DNA of 63,445 nt, the filler included, from Sphacelaria rigidula (lineage: Eukaryota), in assembly GCA_964200075.2 (NCBI GenBank). It is 6 parts of 6 records of this genome, joined end to end, with 100 filler letters (N's around TTAATTAATTAA, not from the genome) between each part and the next. Parts side by side here need not be neighbours in the genome. Positions count along the whole stretch, not along the records: positions 21,185 to 31,675 come from CAXNAA020006403.1; positions 31,776 to 42,265 come from CAXNAA020006404.1; 4 more parts are not named here. The stretch is one strand, 5' to 3'. The translations under genes and the position numbers were made by a program. A model generated the notes under the pieces. That model worked only from the letters and a program-made list of their open reading frames with translations. It was not told the origin of the DNA and did no database searches. Below, piece by piece: positions 23,510-35,130 of this stretch. Position 1 is the first letter of the stretch; each line of letters opens with the position of its first letter.

Positions 23510-26500
23510 CTTGTGCAGCTGGGACGGACAGGCCTCGGTGTGGGCGATCCGATCCCTTCGACTTGCCATTGAGGAGCAGGGAGATGAACGACCCGGACCA
23601 GTTTTTACCGCTCTCTTGAGGTATGCGAAGTCTTGGACAGATGGTGCTACGCTTGCTACGCATGAGTGGCGGTACATGCTCGCACCACGCGAGCAATAGG
23701 CAATACGTGCCATGGCTTGTATATTGCCGCGTATGGACACATGTTACAAATGGGGTGTCATGTTTCGTACGGTACAGCAGTCGTTTTGCTAAACTGATCT
23801 TATAAGGGTGCAGCACGTTTTTTTTTTTTTCATCCTTCCTTATGTCCGAGCAAAGCAGAGCGAAAACGTCATGATACCACAAAAATGTTGTACAAGGATC
23901 CATTTTTCTTTTTCATTCTTTTTTTCTTATTTTCGTTTCCTTTGTCATAATTGTCTATCATGACTATTGCCTCGTCCTGAAGATTGAGTATCGCCGACCG
24001 GCTTGCACATACGCATTCACGCATATACGCGCACGTATGTTCACGCAGGGACTTGGACGCGTATGCCTTGGCATTGATTCGCGGTTCAACTACTGCCTCT
24101 TCGTCCTCATCCGGGGCGATTGGCGAAACGGAACGGGTGCTTGGAGGCATAAGAATCCTGGAGGCCCTGGTGCAAGTACGTGTGACCTCTTTTTTTCTTC
24201 ATGTCCCGTTCGTGTTCGTGTGTACTGTTGTAGAGTGATTAAAGTCCCCCCCCCCCTCCAACCAACTCCTACAATGTCGCGAAGAAAATGGCCATGCAGC
24301 GCATGATAGCTGGTTTCAGGCTGCATCAAGGCCTCATAGGGGCGACATTGGCGAGAGCGATCCTGAGCATCCGAGTTCCTAGCTGCTCGGTGTGCTCTGT
24401 GTGCTCGGCTTTTGTCGTTTTGAATCGCATCATGCAGATTTTGCCTCCTTAAACCAGCCATTTTCCTGGGAGGGAGGGGAGGGGGGGGGGGCGGGGGCTC
24501 TCGCAGTATCACTCTGATCACTATGTAACCCCGTAGTTTGCCGCAAATATATCTCCTGGGGACAGCAGTGCCAAAGTAAGGTAGTGGTGCATGTGGCATG
24601 TGTTTTCCTCGTTGGTAGCTTCATAGAGATTCTGTGCTCCTTCAACGAGTGAGTGTAGTACCCAGTACATTTTCCGTCTGTTGCACCCAGTGACCATATG
24701 TTGTCATTGTCCAGGATGTGGAAACTTTCGATTCATGGAAAACTCCCCAGTGGATGGGTAGACATGAAAACACAACCTGGCACGCTTACAGCCGCGCCCC
24801 GGTGGTGTAATGGTCCGACTGTCTCCGATAGGGGGGAGAGAACGAGGGTTCGATTCCCGATATGTTGGGGTTTTTCTTCGTAATATCTTATTTTCACCAC
24901 AGGAAGCGTGAGAACGTGAGTAAACAAAGTAGTCGACGGAGTTTGTTTGACGTGAGTTGACGCGGTGCGGGATTGCTGATGGTCATGATCCAATCCGCGA
25001 GACCAAAATGCAAGGCGTGTACCGGGGGAGAAATGGGTTGATCCCTTCAGAGCACGGACTCGTCTCGAGGAAGGGTAGAGATTCAAAGTGCGACAAAAAA
25101 TGAGAAAAAAATGAACGGCCTCAACATCCGATACATACGTGGCAAGTATAACCGTCGCTGCTGCCAAGTGAAGAATCTCGAGGGTTGGATGATAATAAGT
25201 CGTCTTCATATGAGACAGACCTGCGGACAGCGGGCGTGACTTATCTAACCCGGACAGTGTGTGTGTGTAGGTCGTAGCTTCTCACTCGATGAAAGGGTAA
25301 GGAGCGTGTAGAGATCCAGCGTGGACTTGAACCACACAAGCTTTCAAGGGTCGGACAAATAATGATTCATCTGAAAATTACTTGGTTTCAGTATGATGAG
25401 TCGACTCGTGACGAATNNNNNNNNNNAACTTTTTTCTCCCTTTTGGGCGATCAGGCCAAAGAAATCGTGAATTTGGTGATTTTGAGTCGTAATGATTTGT
25501 CCTAACCGTGCAAGCTTTGCAAGACAAGGCTTGAGGTTGCACAATAGAGTGACCGGATGGGGGCACCCGGACTGGGTGCCTTCCAGAAGGAGTATGGCGA
25601 GCCCAGACTGGGGATTGGAGTATGACGGTCCGGGTTGACATGCCTGGGGTTATTAGTAAGTGGGTAGGGTCGTACAGAGGTCATCATCACATTCGAATTG
25701 CTCGCTTTTTAGTGTGATTGATTAATTCCTTACGAATCAATCAAACAAATCCCCTTTGTTTTCAGCGGTGTACTCACCCCAAGTACGCGCACCCCATTGA
25801 GGCACGTGGAATAGCAACAACAAAAAAAGTGTGTAGGTACTTCGTTGACCCGGCCAACTTTGTATATCTCCTACGAGAAATCAGGCCTCAGAAAGCGTAG
25901 ATTTAGTGATTCGACCCAGCAGTGATTTGTCCGATTCTGGGAAGGGGGGGGGGGGGGGGGGTGCTCATTTTTTGTTTGCCTTAGNNNNNNNNNNGATGGG
26001 CGGTGGGTCGGGGGGGGGGGGGCGTGGCCTTGGGGGAGGGGGGGGGGGGGGGGGGGGCCGGGGGGGGGGGGATCCATCGAGTACGTCCCCCTTTGTTGGG
26101 TGTGATTGCATCGTGTACACACCCGAAACGGACGAGCATACTATGTATTTGTAGATATATACATTGAATTACACGCTCACGCACAAAATGCCGGTCGCCC
26201 GCCCCGGTGGCTCAGTTGGTAACTTTGAAGTCTTCTGACGGTTTGGGCGTGGTTGAACCTCGATGCAGTCACACGAGCTGGGATTTTTTTTTACACCATG
26301 CCCAACAATGGAGAGCGACACGAAAGTCGACTTCACGGTGGACGAGGGAAAGGGATCACTGAACCCCTGTCGCGATGAAACATAAGACAAGCACCCCCGA
26401 AGGAAGATGGAGAACTATAGCAAAGAAAAGAAAAAGCTTTTGTGTTGGCCTTCCTCCTGTGTGACCCCGGCTGATGCGCCCACATTTACCGAAAGGTGTA

Positions 26501-27063
26501 GACTGGTGTCCAGAACAAATGGGACGGCCAAACACACACACTCACACACACACACAACGTTTTCAAGGGCAGGTCGAGTAGAGTATACTCAATTGCGGGG
26601 TATTTTGAAAGACGAACTTGGGGTACTCAAGTTAGGGTAGAGTGTTGGGAGTCGTACCCAAAAAATAGCTGGGAAGCGATTCCTGAAACCCTTCCCTCAA
26701 TTTGTGTACTTCAAGTACGACTTTCAAAATACCCCGCAATTAAGTATACTCTACTCGACCTACCCTTGAACGATTTCGTGAGGTTGAGAGTAGAGGACAC
26801 GATTGACATTGACAAGCGGTCAGTAATTGAATTCATTATTCGAGTTCCGAAATGACCCTCCACGAGGCCCGACACGCTTTCTGTAGTAGCTCGCCGCTGA
26901 AGCCCTTGATATCCCTGACTTGGACATCGACATGTAGCTGTAAGCACACGCCAGTGTCACAAGCAAAGAAAAGCACACACAGAAAGAAAAACGGGTCAAG
27001 GTAAAGCGAACGATAAGACCCACTCCCAATCAACGCTCTACTCTCAATCTCACGAAAACGTTG

Positions 27064-27114
<51 letters not shown>

Positions 27115-29774
27115 CACACGCACACAACAGGTGGGGGACGGACACGCTGCGAGCAGCGAGAGCAAAAGCGCAGGCGGCGCGGAGCGCAGGCGGGCGTTCG
27201 CGATCGAGCTCCGCAGGATATTGGAGAGCGGGAGTGATGTGGGAAGCGGAGGGGTAAAGGGCGGTCGAAAGGGACTGTTGGAGGTGGCGGCGGGGGCTGT
27301 GGCCGGGCTTTCTCGTGCGTGCAGCGGAGAAATGCGGGTGAAGGTTGCGGAGAGATTCTGAAGTGGGATAATATGTTTCGGAGTGTATTGTATAATAGTA
27401 GAATGCTTATCTCGCGCATGCTGTGGGGAAATTAGGGAACAAGTTTTGGGGAGAAGCTTCGAAGCTGGATAATTGTTGTATTTGTGGTCAAATGGTGATC
27501 TCGCGAATCCTGCGGGGGAATGCGGGAATCCGTGCGGGTAGATTTTTATCGATGTCGGGTAATCGTCGTACAACGGGTGAACCAGCGACGTGTGTTGGTA
27601 CGAAAGTGTTGGATTCAAACGAGATTTATGTCTAGACACTGTATGTATTCATGTGTGGGCAGATGAATGTAGTGTGGCTGGAGGCGAAGGGATCTACAAA
27701 AGGGCGTAGTTAGGTCTTTGTCGCGTGGTTTATTACGGCCTGTTTGTACACTTTCTCCAGCGTCTTGTGTATGCCGATACAGTTCGTAGCCTGTACCCTT
27801 TGGCCCCGGACGGTTTGAAGATATCTCCCTTTATGCTGCGCGAGCGCTCGTGTACTAACAATCAAGATAAGATCTGATACATGGAGATAAGGATGCCCTA
27901 CGGTGTAAATAGATATGTGGGCGAGGTGTGCGGCAGACGAGGTCCCAAAGTAGGCAAAACGTACATGTCTTTTTGCTCACGCTAATATTTTACTGTTCTA
28001 TTTTCTTTTCTATGACGCCCTGGATGTGGGCGGACTCTATAACGGGTGTTCAGTGTGTGTTTGCCGGTGGATGATGCTATTTCGGCGTTCACTACCTAGT
28101 TTTGTTTCCGCTGCCCTTGATATCCCTGAGGAAGATATCGACGTGTAGCTTTCAGAACACGCCAGTGTTGAATACAACGAAAACACACCGAATGCAAAAT
28201 TGGTAACATTCAAGGGAGTGATGAAATCCACTCTCAATCAACGACGCCCTGCTCTCAATCTCACCAAAACAGCGTTACTACCTGTGCCTTGTTGGTTTTT
28301 CATACCTCAGTATTAGTGTGTCATCGCCCGTTGGATACGATCAGTATTCGTCACGTGCTTTGTGTTGTAATCACGCGGTGCATTTTGTTCCGGGCGCGAT
28401 TGTTCGAAGTACTGTTTGTGGCAACACGGGATTCCAAACCAAAGAGTCGAGACCAAAAAGTAATACGGGATTCTGAAAAATGAAGAATGAGAGTCATGCT
28501 ATGGTGGGGGGGGGGGGGGGGGGGAAAAAAATAACAGCCACACCAGTCCCGGTGGGGGGTGGTGTGATGGGTAACAACTACCACCACTACTACTACTGCT
28601 GCTGCGTTGTACTATGGAACTCGCGCACTCATGGCGAACCATGGTTTCCGCCGCCGTCACCGCCGCTTTTTGCAGGTGTTAGAGCGAGAGTTTGCGAAGC
28701 CGGCGATGGAGTTGATACGCAAATCGGGGTCAAAGGCCGAAGGGCAGCGCTACGCCGGTGCCCTTGTGCTGAGATATCTTGCCGAGCATGCGCCCGCGGT
28801 CCTGTACGACCGACGACACGCATTTTTCGAAGACGTGTGGTTAATTATCAACGACTTGACGGTGAGGGATATTAGCGGGGGAGACAGCGGGGGGACGGGG
28901 GGTGTACTCATGATCTTGCATGCCATAGTCATATGGTCATTGACCTTGCATCCCTACAAAGCCTGGACGGAGTACGCCGGGTTTTCGCCGGACCAGGCTC
29001 GCAGTCAATCACCAAGCGCGAAGTGTCGTGATGTGCTCGGCAAATCGCATGAGGGGTGACCTATATCCCGTGAAGAGTGATCGGTCCGAAGCGTACTGAT
29101 TATCTTGCACATGCATCACAGACAAGCTTGAATGCTTCACGTCATTTCCTGGATGTCGCCGCTTCTAGAGACGATCACCGGTTACACTGCCTCATGGGTG
29201 TCTCACCATCTCAACACCGCGTTGTACGATCGTCTCCGTTGCACGGAGTTGAGGCTCTCCCACCCCGCACAGAATGATCTAACTCGACCACCATCATGAT
29301 TACAGAACAAAAAAACGGTTTCCTGGTTGCTCACCTTACGCAGTGAGTGGCGTGTCTTCCAGGGTCGTTGCCAACCGAGCTAGCCCTTACGAGGGCGTAA
29401 AGGAGCGGCGGGAGGGGGGGAGGAGGTACTGATTCGTTGCTTGCCTTGGTCATTTGACCATTGACTACGCGTGCCTATCGAGAAGGATCAGGGGGGAAGG
29501 GGGAACGAGGGGCGAGTTGTCATCGGTCAGAGCTACCACGTCCAGGAACAGCGCCTAGTCCTGTGCTCATCGGCCGTGAAGCTCTTGACTGCATATTCTG
29601 CTTTTTTGGGGGGGGGGGGGAGGAGGGAATCAAGGGTCACATTCACCACATCGTTCTAGTGTGCAGAGACCGCATGACCTTCCTCGCATCATAGTTCTTG
29701 GTCACTGAACCGCTTACCACACATATTTGAGGAGAGATGCAAAGCGATAAGTGTAAGATCATCCTGTAAATTGA

Positions 29775-29810
<36 letters not shown>

Positions 29811-30418
29811 CCTCTTCTTTTTGACAATTCGCCTCGTTCTATTCGACTAAATTTCGAGGAAAATAATCCGCCCTTCTTTTGAGAATGAAATATTTATTAT
29901 GATACATATATACATGTATGTGTGGAGATGGCCATGCGGAGGGGTTTCCTTTCATGACGTGTAACCTAGTGAACGACTAACTACTTTTAAGGACGACCTG
30001 AAAATTATCAAATTGCTCCTCTCCTCCAAATTTCAGGTAGCATCTGTCAAACCTCGATTTGCCGGTTCCCGGGGGCGTGGAAACCCTGTGGCGTTGCTTT
30101 AGATATATACATATATAGTATATACACATGAGCCCTAATATTTTTTTCGGTCGTAGCGTTCGGACGACGACGAGTGGAGTCATCCCTTGTCGTTTTGTTT
30201 TTATCTTGCGTTTGCCTACATGCCTGCCTGCCGGCATACCCGTCTGTCTGTCCTTGTCTGTCTGTCTGTCGGTGCATCTGTCGTTCTTGCTATTTCGTCT
30301 GTGCAGTCTGCAGTCCGAGTACGTGCGGCTGTGGCGTTAGGGGCCATGCTCAGGCTCGTCCACGAGCGGCAGAGCACCGCGACTTTCAGCCGGCGTGTGC
30401 TGGACAAGGTCGCAGAAG
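23510..30418 (+). CDS. TOR-like PIKK, N-terminal HEAT-repeat region (partial, 5 exons: 23510-23620, 24049-24175, 27131-27343, 28676-28861, 30307-30418)
   Basis: All exons are flanked by AG/GT and splice in phase (2,0,0,0). The joined peptide follows the TOR N-terminus in order (TOR motifs recalled, not searched): ERVLGGIRILEALV ~ ERKGGILAIASLI; AFAIELRRIL ~ RFANYLRNLL; LLEVAAGAVAGLS ~ VMEMASKAIGRLA; QRYAGALVLRYLAEHAP..FFEDVWLIIND ~ RRHAAVLVLRELAISVP..FFDNIFVAVWD; VRVRAAVALGAMLRL ~ IREGAVAALRACLIL. The start exon and kinase domain are not identified. Confidence 0.8.
24791..25111 (+). mobile_element. tRNA-derived SINE family B, full length (intronic)
   Basis: A-box TGGTGTAATGG, B-box GGTTCGATTCC, about 320 bp with an A-rich tail. 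Four copies in the window. Confidence 0.85.
25345..25510. mobile_element. MITE with CAAGG/CACGG TIRs and perfect 8-bp TSD CAAGCTTT
   Basis: TIR CAAGGGTCGGACAAAT / ATTTGTCCTAACCGTG; TSD at 25337-25344 and 25511-25518. Contains an internal 10-N gap. Confidence 0.85.
26190..26553 (+). mobile_element. tRNA-derived SINE family A (intronic)
   Basis: Head GCCGGTCGCCCGCCCCGGTGGCTCAGTTGG and (CA)n tail. Confidence 0.82.
26554..27066. mobile_element. TIR element (ACAACGTTTTCGTGAG..TGAGAGTAGAG ends) sitting inside a (CA)n tract
   Basis: The left TIR is reconstituted after removing the 26564-26768 MITE; the right TIR is at 27036-27064. A related partial copy lies at about 28105-28278. Confidence 0.7.
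26564..26768. mobile_element. 205-bp foldback MITE, CAAGGG termini, 8-bp TSD AACG(T/A)TTT
   Basis: About 65-bp inverted arms; TSD at 26556-26563 and 26769-26776 (1 mismatch). Confidence 0.88.
28895..29390 (+). repeat. Interspersed repeat family C, longest copy (intronic)
   Basis: Homologous to 21905-22220, 20820-21084 (rc) and the internally deleted copy at 30960-31155. Confidence 0.8.
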
Positions 30419-30959
30419 GTACGTTTCATGGCTTTGGTTCATTTTGTTTGTTGGTTGTCGCACTTTAACTGTCCCCCCCCCCCCCTCCCTCCCGCCCCCG
30501 CCCAGGTATCTAGCCGTGATCACATGATTGGATACGAATACCCCCAGTTTTTCCTGTTGACCGTTACTACAAAGTGCAAAGCAACACAAGAGGCCGTCAT
30601 AGCCTTATCCTATCTTATTATATTCCATGCTAATGGATCCAATGGCCCCAAGCCTGCTTTAAACACTTCGATTTTGCTGTACAAGAAACTGTATCCGTCG
30701 GTGTCTGCCTGTAGTTTTCTAATTTTGTTGTGTCGATTGGCCGCTCGAATTCTCCCTCTCTCGTGCACGCTCTCTCTTTCCCTCTCTCTGCCTCTTTCGG
30801 TATTCCTAGGTACTCATGTTGAAGGGCTGCACAGATGTGTTCCCAACAAACCACAGAAGTTCTCAACAGTGTAAATTAATTACCCTCTTTTTGGAATGAG
30901 TTTGTGGTTGTCGGAAGTCGGAAGTTATCATCCAATCATCATTCATCATCCCGTAATGG

Positions 30960-31155
30960 TGGAGAGGGGTGTACTCATGATGTTGCATGCCGTAGTCGTA
31001 AGACCGTTGACCTCGCATCCCTACAAAGCCGGGACGGAGCACGCTGGGTTTTCGCGGGACCAGGCTCGCGTAAGAAAAAAAATAACCTGGTTGCCTAGCC
31101 AAGGCAGTGAGTAGCGTGTTTTACAGCGTCGTTGCCAACCAACGCCAACCCTGTA
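30960..31155 (+). repeat. Interspersed repeat family C, internally deleted copy
   Basis: The 5' part to CCAGGCTCGC is joined directly to the 3' part CCTGGTTGC...CGTTGCCAACC. Confidence 0.72.
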
Positions 31156-31775
31156 CGTGGTCAGGGGGGACGAGAAGTGATCCCTGAGAATACATGAAGC
31201 CATCGTGTTCTCGAAGGTGTTTCTGATTTCATGTCTGATCTACGACCACTGGTTTATACGTTGATATCACGTACCCTGTCGAGAAAATCAAACGCGGTAC
31301 TATTAGTACTGCCTGTGTTGAAGGTTCCCGTTCCTGAGGGGCAAGAGTCAGTCGTGTTGGTCGACATGTCGACACGGTTTAGGGCTCCGATCTTGATCGC
31401 AGTCAAACACAGCGATGAACAAACACTGCTAGGAACCCCCCGTCGCACACAGTGCACACAAGCGCACATGGATTCGCCTCCAATTTGGCGAAGTGTAGCG
31501 TGGTGAGCAGCGTGGTCGACAGGCAATGTTGGGCACACTTCCATGCTGCCACCCACAACACCGTCAGACCGAGCGGGTCTGCGAATATTTCACGGTCTAA
31601 ATCCCCCCCCCCCCCCCGAAGCCCCCGCGCTGACAGCGACGCGGCGGACAGCCGGCCCACGACAAAGCAAAACCANNNNNNNNNNNNNNNNNNNNNNNNN
31701 NNNNNNNNNNNNNNNNNNNTTAATTAATTAANNNNNNNNNNNNNNNNNNNNNNNNNNNNNNNNNNNNNNNNNNNN

Positions 31776-31950
31776 CAGGAGGAAGGTCAACACAAGAGCT
31801 TTTTCTTTTTTATTGCTTTTAGTACCCCACCTTCCTTCTGCGGTGCTTGCCTTGTTTTTCATCGCGAGAGGGGTTCAGCAAACCCTTTCCCTCGTCGACT
31901 GTCACGCCGAATTTTGTGTACCCACGACATAGTCGCTCTCCACTAATGGG
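31776..31950 (-). mobile_element. SINE family A, partial copy at the contig start
   Basis: Reverse complement of the SINE A body (CCCTTTCCCTCGTCGAC, TCGCTCTCCACT). Confidence 0.78.
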
Positions 31951-32118
31951 TGCAGACGACTATCGGCGATGTGTGGGAAAGTCGCGCTGTTGAAATTCTC
32001 GCTGAGGTACATGTAAATGGACTTGCTGTGATGGGTCGGCAGGTTGTGTTCGAAGTCACCTCCAGTAGTGTCGGCGTCGTGATGCGTGTGCTGCTCAAGT
32101 AGCGCTGCGGCCGTACTT

Positions 32119-34166
32119 CTGTTATGGGTGCGCCTGCCCCCTCAAAATGAGCCCAAAAAGTGTCACCGACCAAAAGCACGAACAGGCCTACTTCTGCGGC
32201 TTATCCAGGCTCGTGGAGTAAAATGCGCCTTACGTCATCGGAAGAGAACGGCATGGATCCACAATTCGTATCGAAAAAAAGTGGACTGCCGTCTAAAATC
32301 ACAACCCTACCGTTATTTCCGTTGTTCCTCATATATTACATGCCACTGCGTCACCTTTCGTCCACGCTTGCGATACCCTCGCATGCAAGGAGGTTGATTG
32401 GGTTGAACCAACCCAACGCACACCGAGAACACTCGGGCAAGGGCGGTACATACATTCCTTGAAAAAAGTGAGGCCTTCGTAGACACCAAATGGGCTTCTG
32501 TGGCGCAGATTTCAACGAAAACGCGTTGTGCGCACCCGAGGAGTACACGGGACCGTCAGCCCTACTGAAATTCCGGTTCTCGTTGTACGCACTCAAATCA
32601 AGTATTATCAACCATGAACATTTGTAGCCCAACGCAGGTAAGTGAAACCAGGAAGCTGAACCATTTTTGGGGGGCGGATCAAAGTTGGGTCAACATGATG
32701 TGCTCAACATGCGACAAAGTCATATGTACTGATGAACTTCAACAAGGACGGCCCTTACATAGACGAGTGGAGTACAAATTGTCACCGAGTGTGTGATGTG
32801 GGCTGGGCGGGTTTTGGTCCACCTTCTTGTCATGGTTTGAGGAGCTTGATTTATCGGCTGCCATGATTCCACAATCTTTGTCCGATGAATGGCTCGCGTT
32901 TCAAAGTGCATTTGTTGTTCCGTGGGCATGGCTTTTCATTTGATGAATATGATGTTAATTAGCTCTTTGACCGCGACGGTTTGGTCACATTTTGAATCGG
33001 CATCATTTTCCACTTGAAAAAAGCATGCATGGTCCACATGGACTAGCCTCGCGGTCTAGAGGTTCATCGGGCTCCAAATATGTTGTTTTACAAGAGGGAA
33101 TGAAAACAAACGGTCGTCCGTCACCCTCTATTGCCGATACAACAGATGCGTATCTTATGATGGGTGGGTCCACTGAAGGACATGATAAGGGCTTTGGTGT
33201 CATATGGCTTCAGCGAAAGTGGGCCGTCGACTTTGTGTTATCTTGGCGCAGTATACTTTCCCGTTCGGGAGCGTGAGTCGGTCAATCTTGATCTTGGTGT
33301 GAAAACCGAAATCCGGATCTTTCATGGGGGCTGTGCTACTAGCGTCCCATGCTACTAGCGTCCCAGAACGCGTTCTTGTCTAAATCGGCGCCTGGCGCGC
33401 CGATTCGAGGTCTGGCAACGCACCCTTCGCCTACGAAACACGTTGCACCCGCCTTGCCCGATGATTCTCAATATGCCTTCCTTAGGGCCAGTGTTATACT
33501 TTGTTCTCTCCGCTGCTGCGAGGTCGCGAGGACGATTCCTGCTTCTGGGGGCTCGGTCAAAGGGTCACATTCTGCAACATTCCACATATCCGATGTATCA
33601 ACCTTCACTACCACGAGTCATTCATGGGTGTCATCCATTCCGAGGCCGTTACACAGGGGTGAGGTTTTCACGTTTTGTCGAGACCGGCGAGGGTTGGGGG
33701 TGCGTGTTTGCGATCACAGTCCAATCTGTCCCAGAGAATTCTCATGGCCACGGCCATCGATTGGGATGCGACTTTTTGCATCACCTACGCCAAGATAACA
33801 GCTACAATCCTACTGGCTGAATGTTTTTATTCCATCAGGATGCAATTTTTATAACAAATTAAGTGAAAAAGCATAGTTTTTTTGCGATTTTCTCGATCAC
33901 CGTAACGTCTTGGATAAAACGAACCGGTAAAATTGTAGCCAGGACAAATACACGCCGGGGAGTAGCCGAGCCACGCCGTGGTTCGTCCTCCGGAACAAGA
34001 AAACTTCAGAAGCTTGGAATGGAAACCCTACTCAAATCACAAGTACTTTAAGGGATTTTGCGGCGTGCTTAGTCAGAGGATGAACGCCATCTCCGTTCTG
34101 TTCGTGCTTTTGGTCGGTGAAACTTTTTGGGCTCATTTTGGGGGGTCAGGCGCACCCATAACTGTG
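32119..34166 (+). mobile_element. Complete ~2.05-kb non-autonomous TIR element (same family as 8637-10492)
   Basis: About 67-bp TIRs CWGTTATGGGTGCGCCTG..CACCGACCAAAAGCACGAACAG. Flanks GGCCGTACTT / TGCCGTATTT form an imperfect 8-10 bp TSD. No transposase ORF. Confidence 0.9.
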
Positions 34167-34784
34167 CCGTATTTGGGTGTATGGCCATGTATATTCTGGT
34201 ATCAACTTTTGAGATAAGCTGTACTCATGCAGTATGTAGGTGCACAGGTGCGACTCTAATTTTCGTTTTACATTCCTGCATACGTTAGAGCTCTGTCATT
34301 TTCACTCGGTAGCGGCAGAAATGGCGACACATCACCCCCTGAATTTTGACGAAATTTCGCGTCAAATTGCGTCGTTCGTGGGTGCACATTTTCTTCGCCT
34401 GAGAAGGGCAATAGTTGTGCCCTGTGTACCTGGGCGTCCTGTGTGCTGCCCTTCGTACAATGTCCTAATGCTGTCTACAGGAGTTTGCGCACCGCGCCAC
34501 CGCATGTTGCTACCCTGCACTGTACTGTGCTGTACTGCACTGTACTGTACTATGACTTCGTTGACGGAAATGTAAAGTGAGGGGGTGACTGTGTGAAGCT
34601 CGAGAAAGACTCGTGGTGTGGTTTGTACCGCACACGGCACCACCTTGTGATGTCGATCATCTTCATGTGCCTCTACGGTACACTGACTGTACTATTCCCA
34701 CGGCAGGTCACTGTCCAAAATTGGGATCAAGTTTTCCAGGCTATCCGAGAATACTCGCCATTTCGGGTGGTTCCATGTACCTCA

Positions 34785-35130
34785 GGTACCCATGGGTACC
34801 CGTATTTTAGGCAGTCGATATTGCAGGCGCTCTGGCACACTCCGCATCTTGGGGTGTCGGTACCCCAGGTGCTGGGATACTATTCTACTTGGTGCTTGCG
34901 AGTACCACACCGAGTACTTGAAAGGTTGGGCACTCCAGGTACGTTGTGGTACTCAAAACTTCGAGCAATAAAGTCTCCAGGGACTCTGGGGTACACGGTG
35001 TTTCAGCAGTCAACACTCCTGGTACTGTAGAATACTCAGTATTCGGGATAGTCCACGCTCCAGGTACTCTGAAGTACAGACTAGTGCAAGTACTCTGAAA
35101 ACTAGAGTACCTGGAGTACGGTACCATATT
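34785..35130. repeat. GTAC-rich low-complexity / degenerate minisatellite
   Basis: Dense GGTAC, AGTAC and TACTC words; a (TGTAC)n microsatellite also occurs at 34515-34550. Confidence 0.6.

Noticed and set aside
24791..24865. tRNA genes at the SINE heads (also 15612, 22557, 26190, 20390-20461)
   Set aside because: A/B boxes are present but there is no convincing cloverleaf, and each is fused to a repeated SINE body.
31254..31330. Shared FDF(L/V)DRV peptide with 35425-35450
   Set aside because: The match is too short to support homology or a gene.
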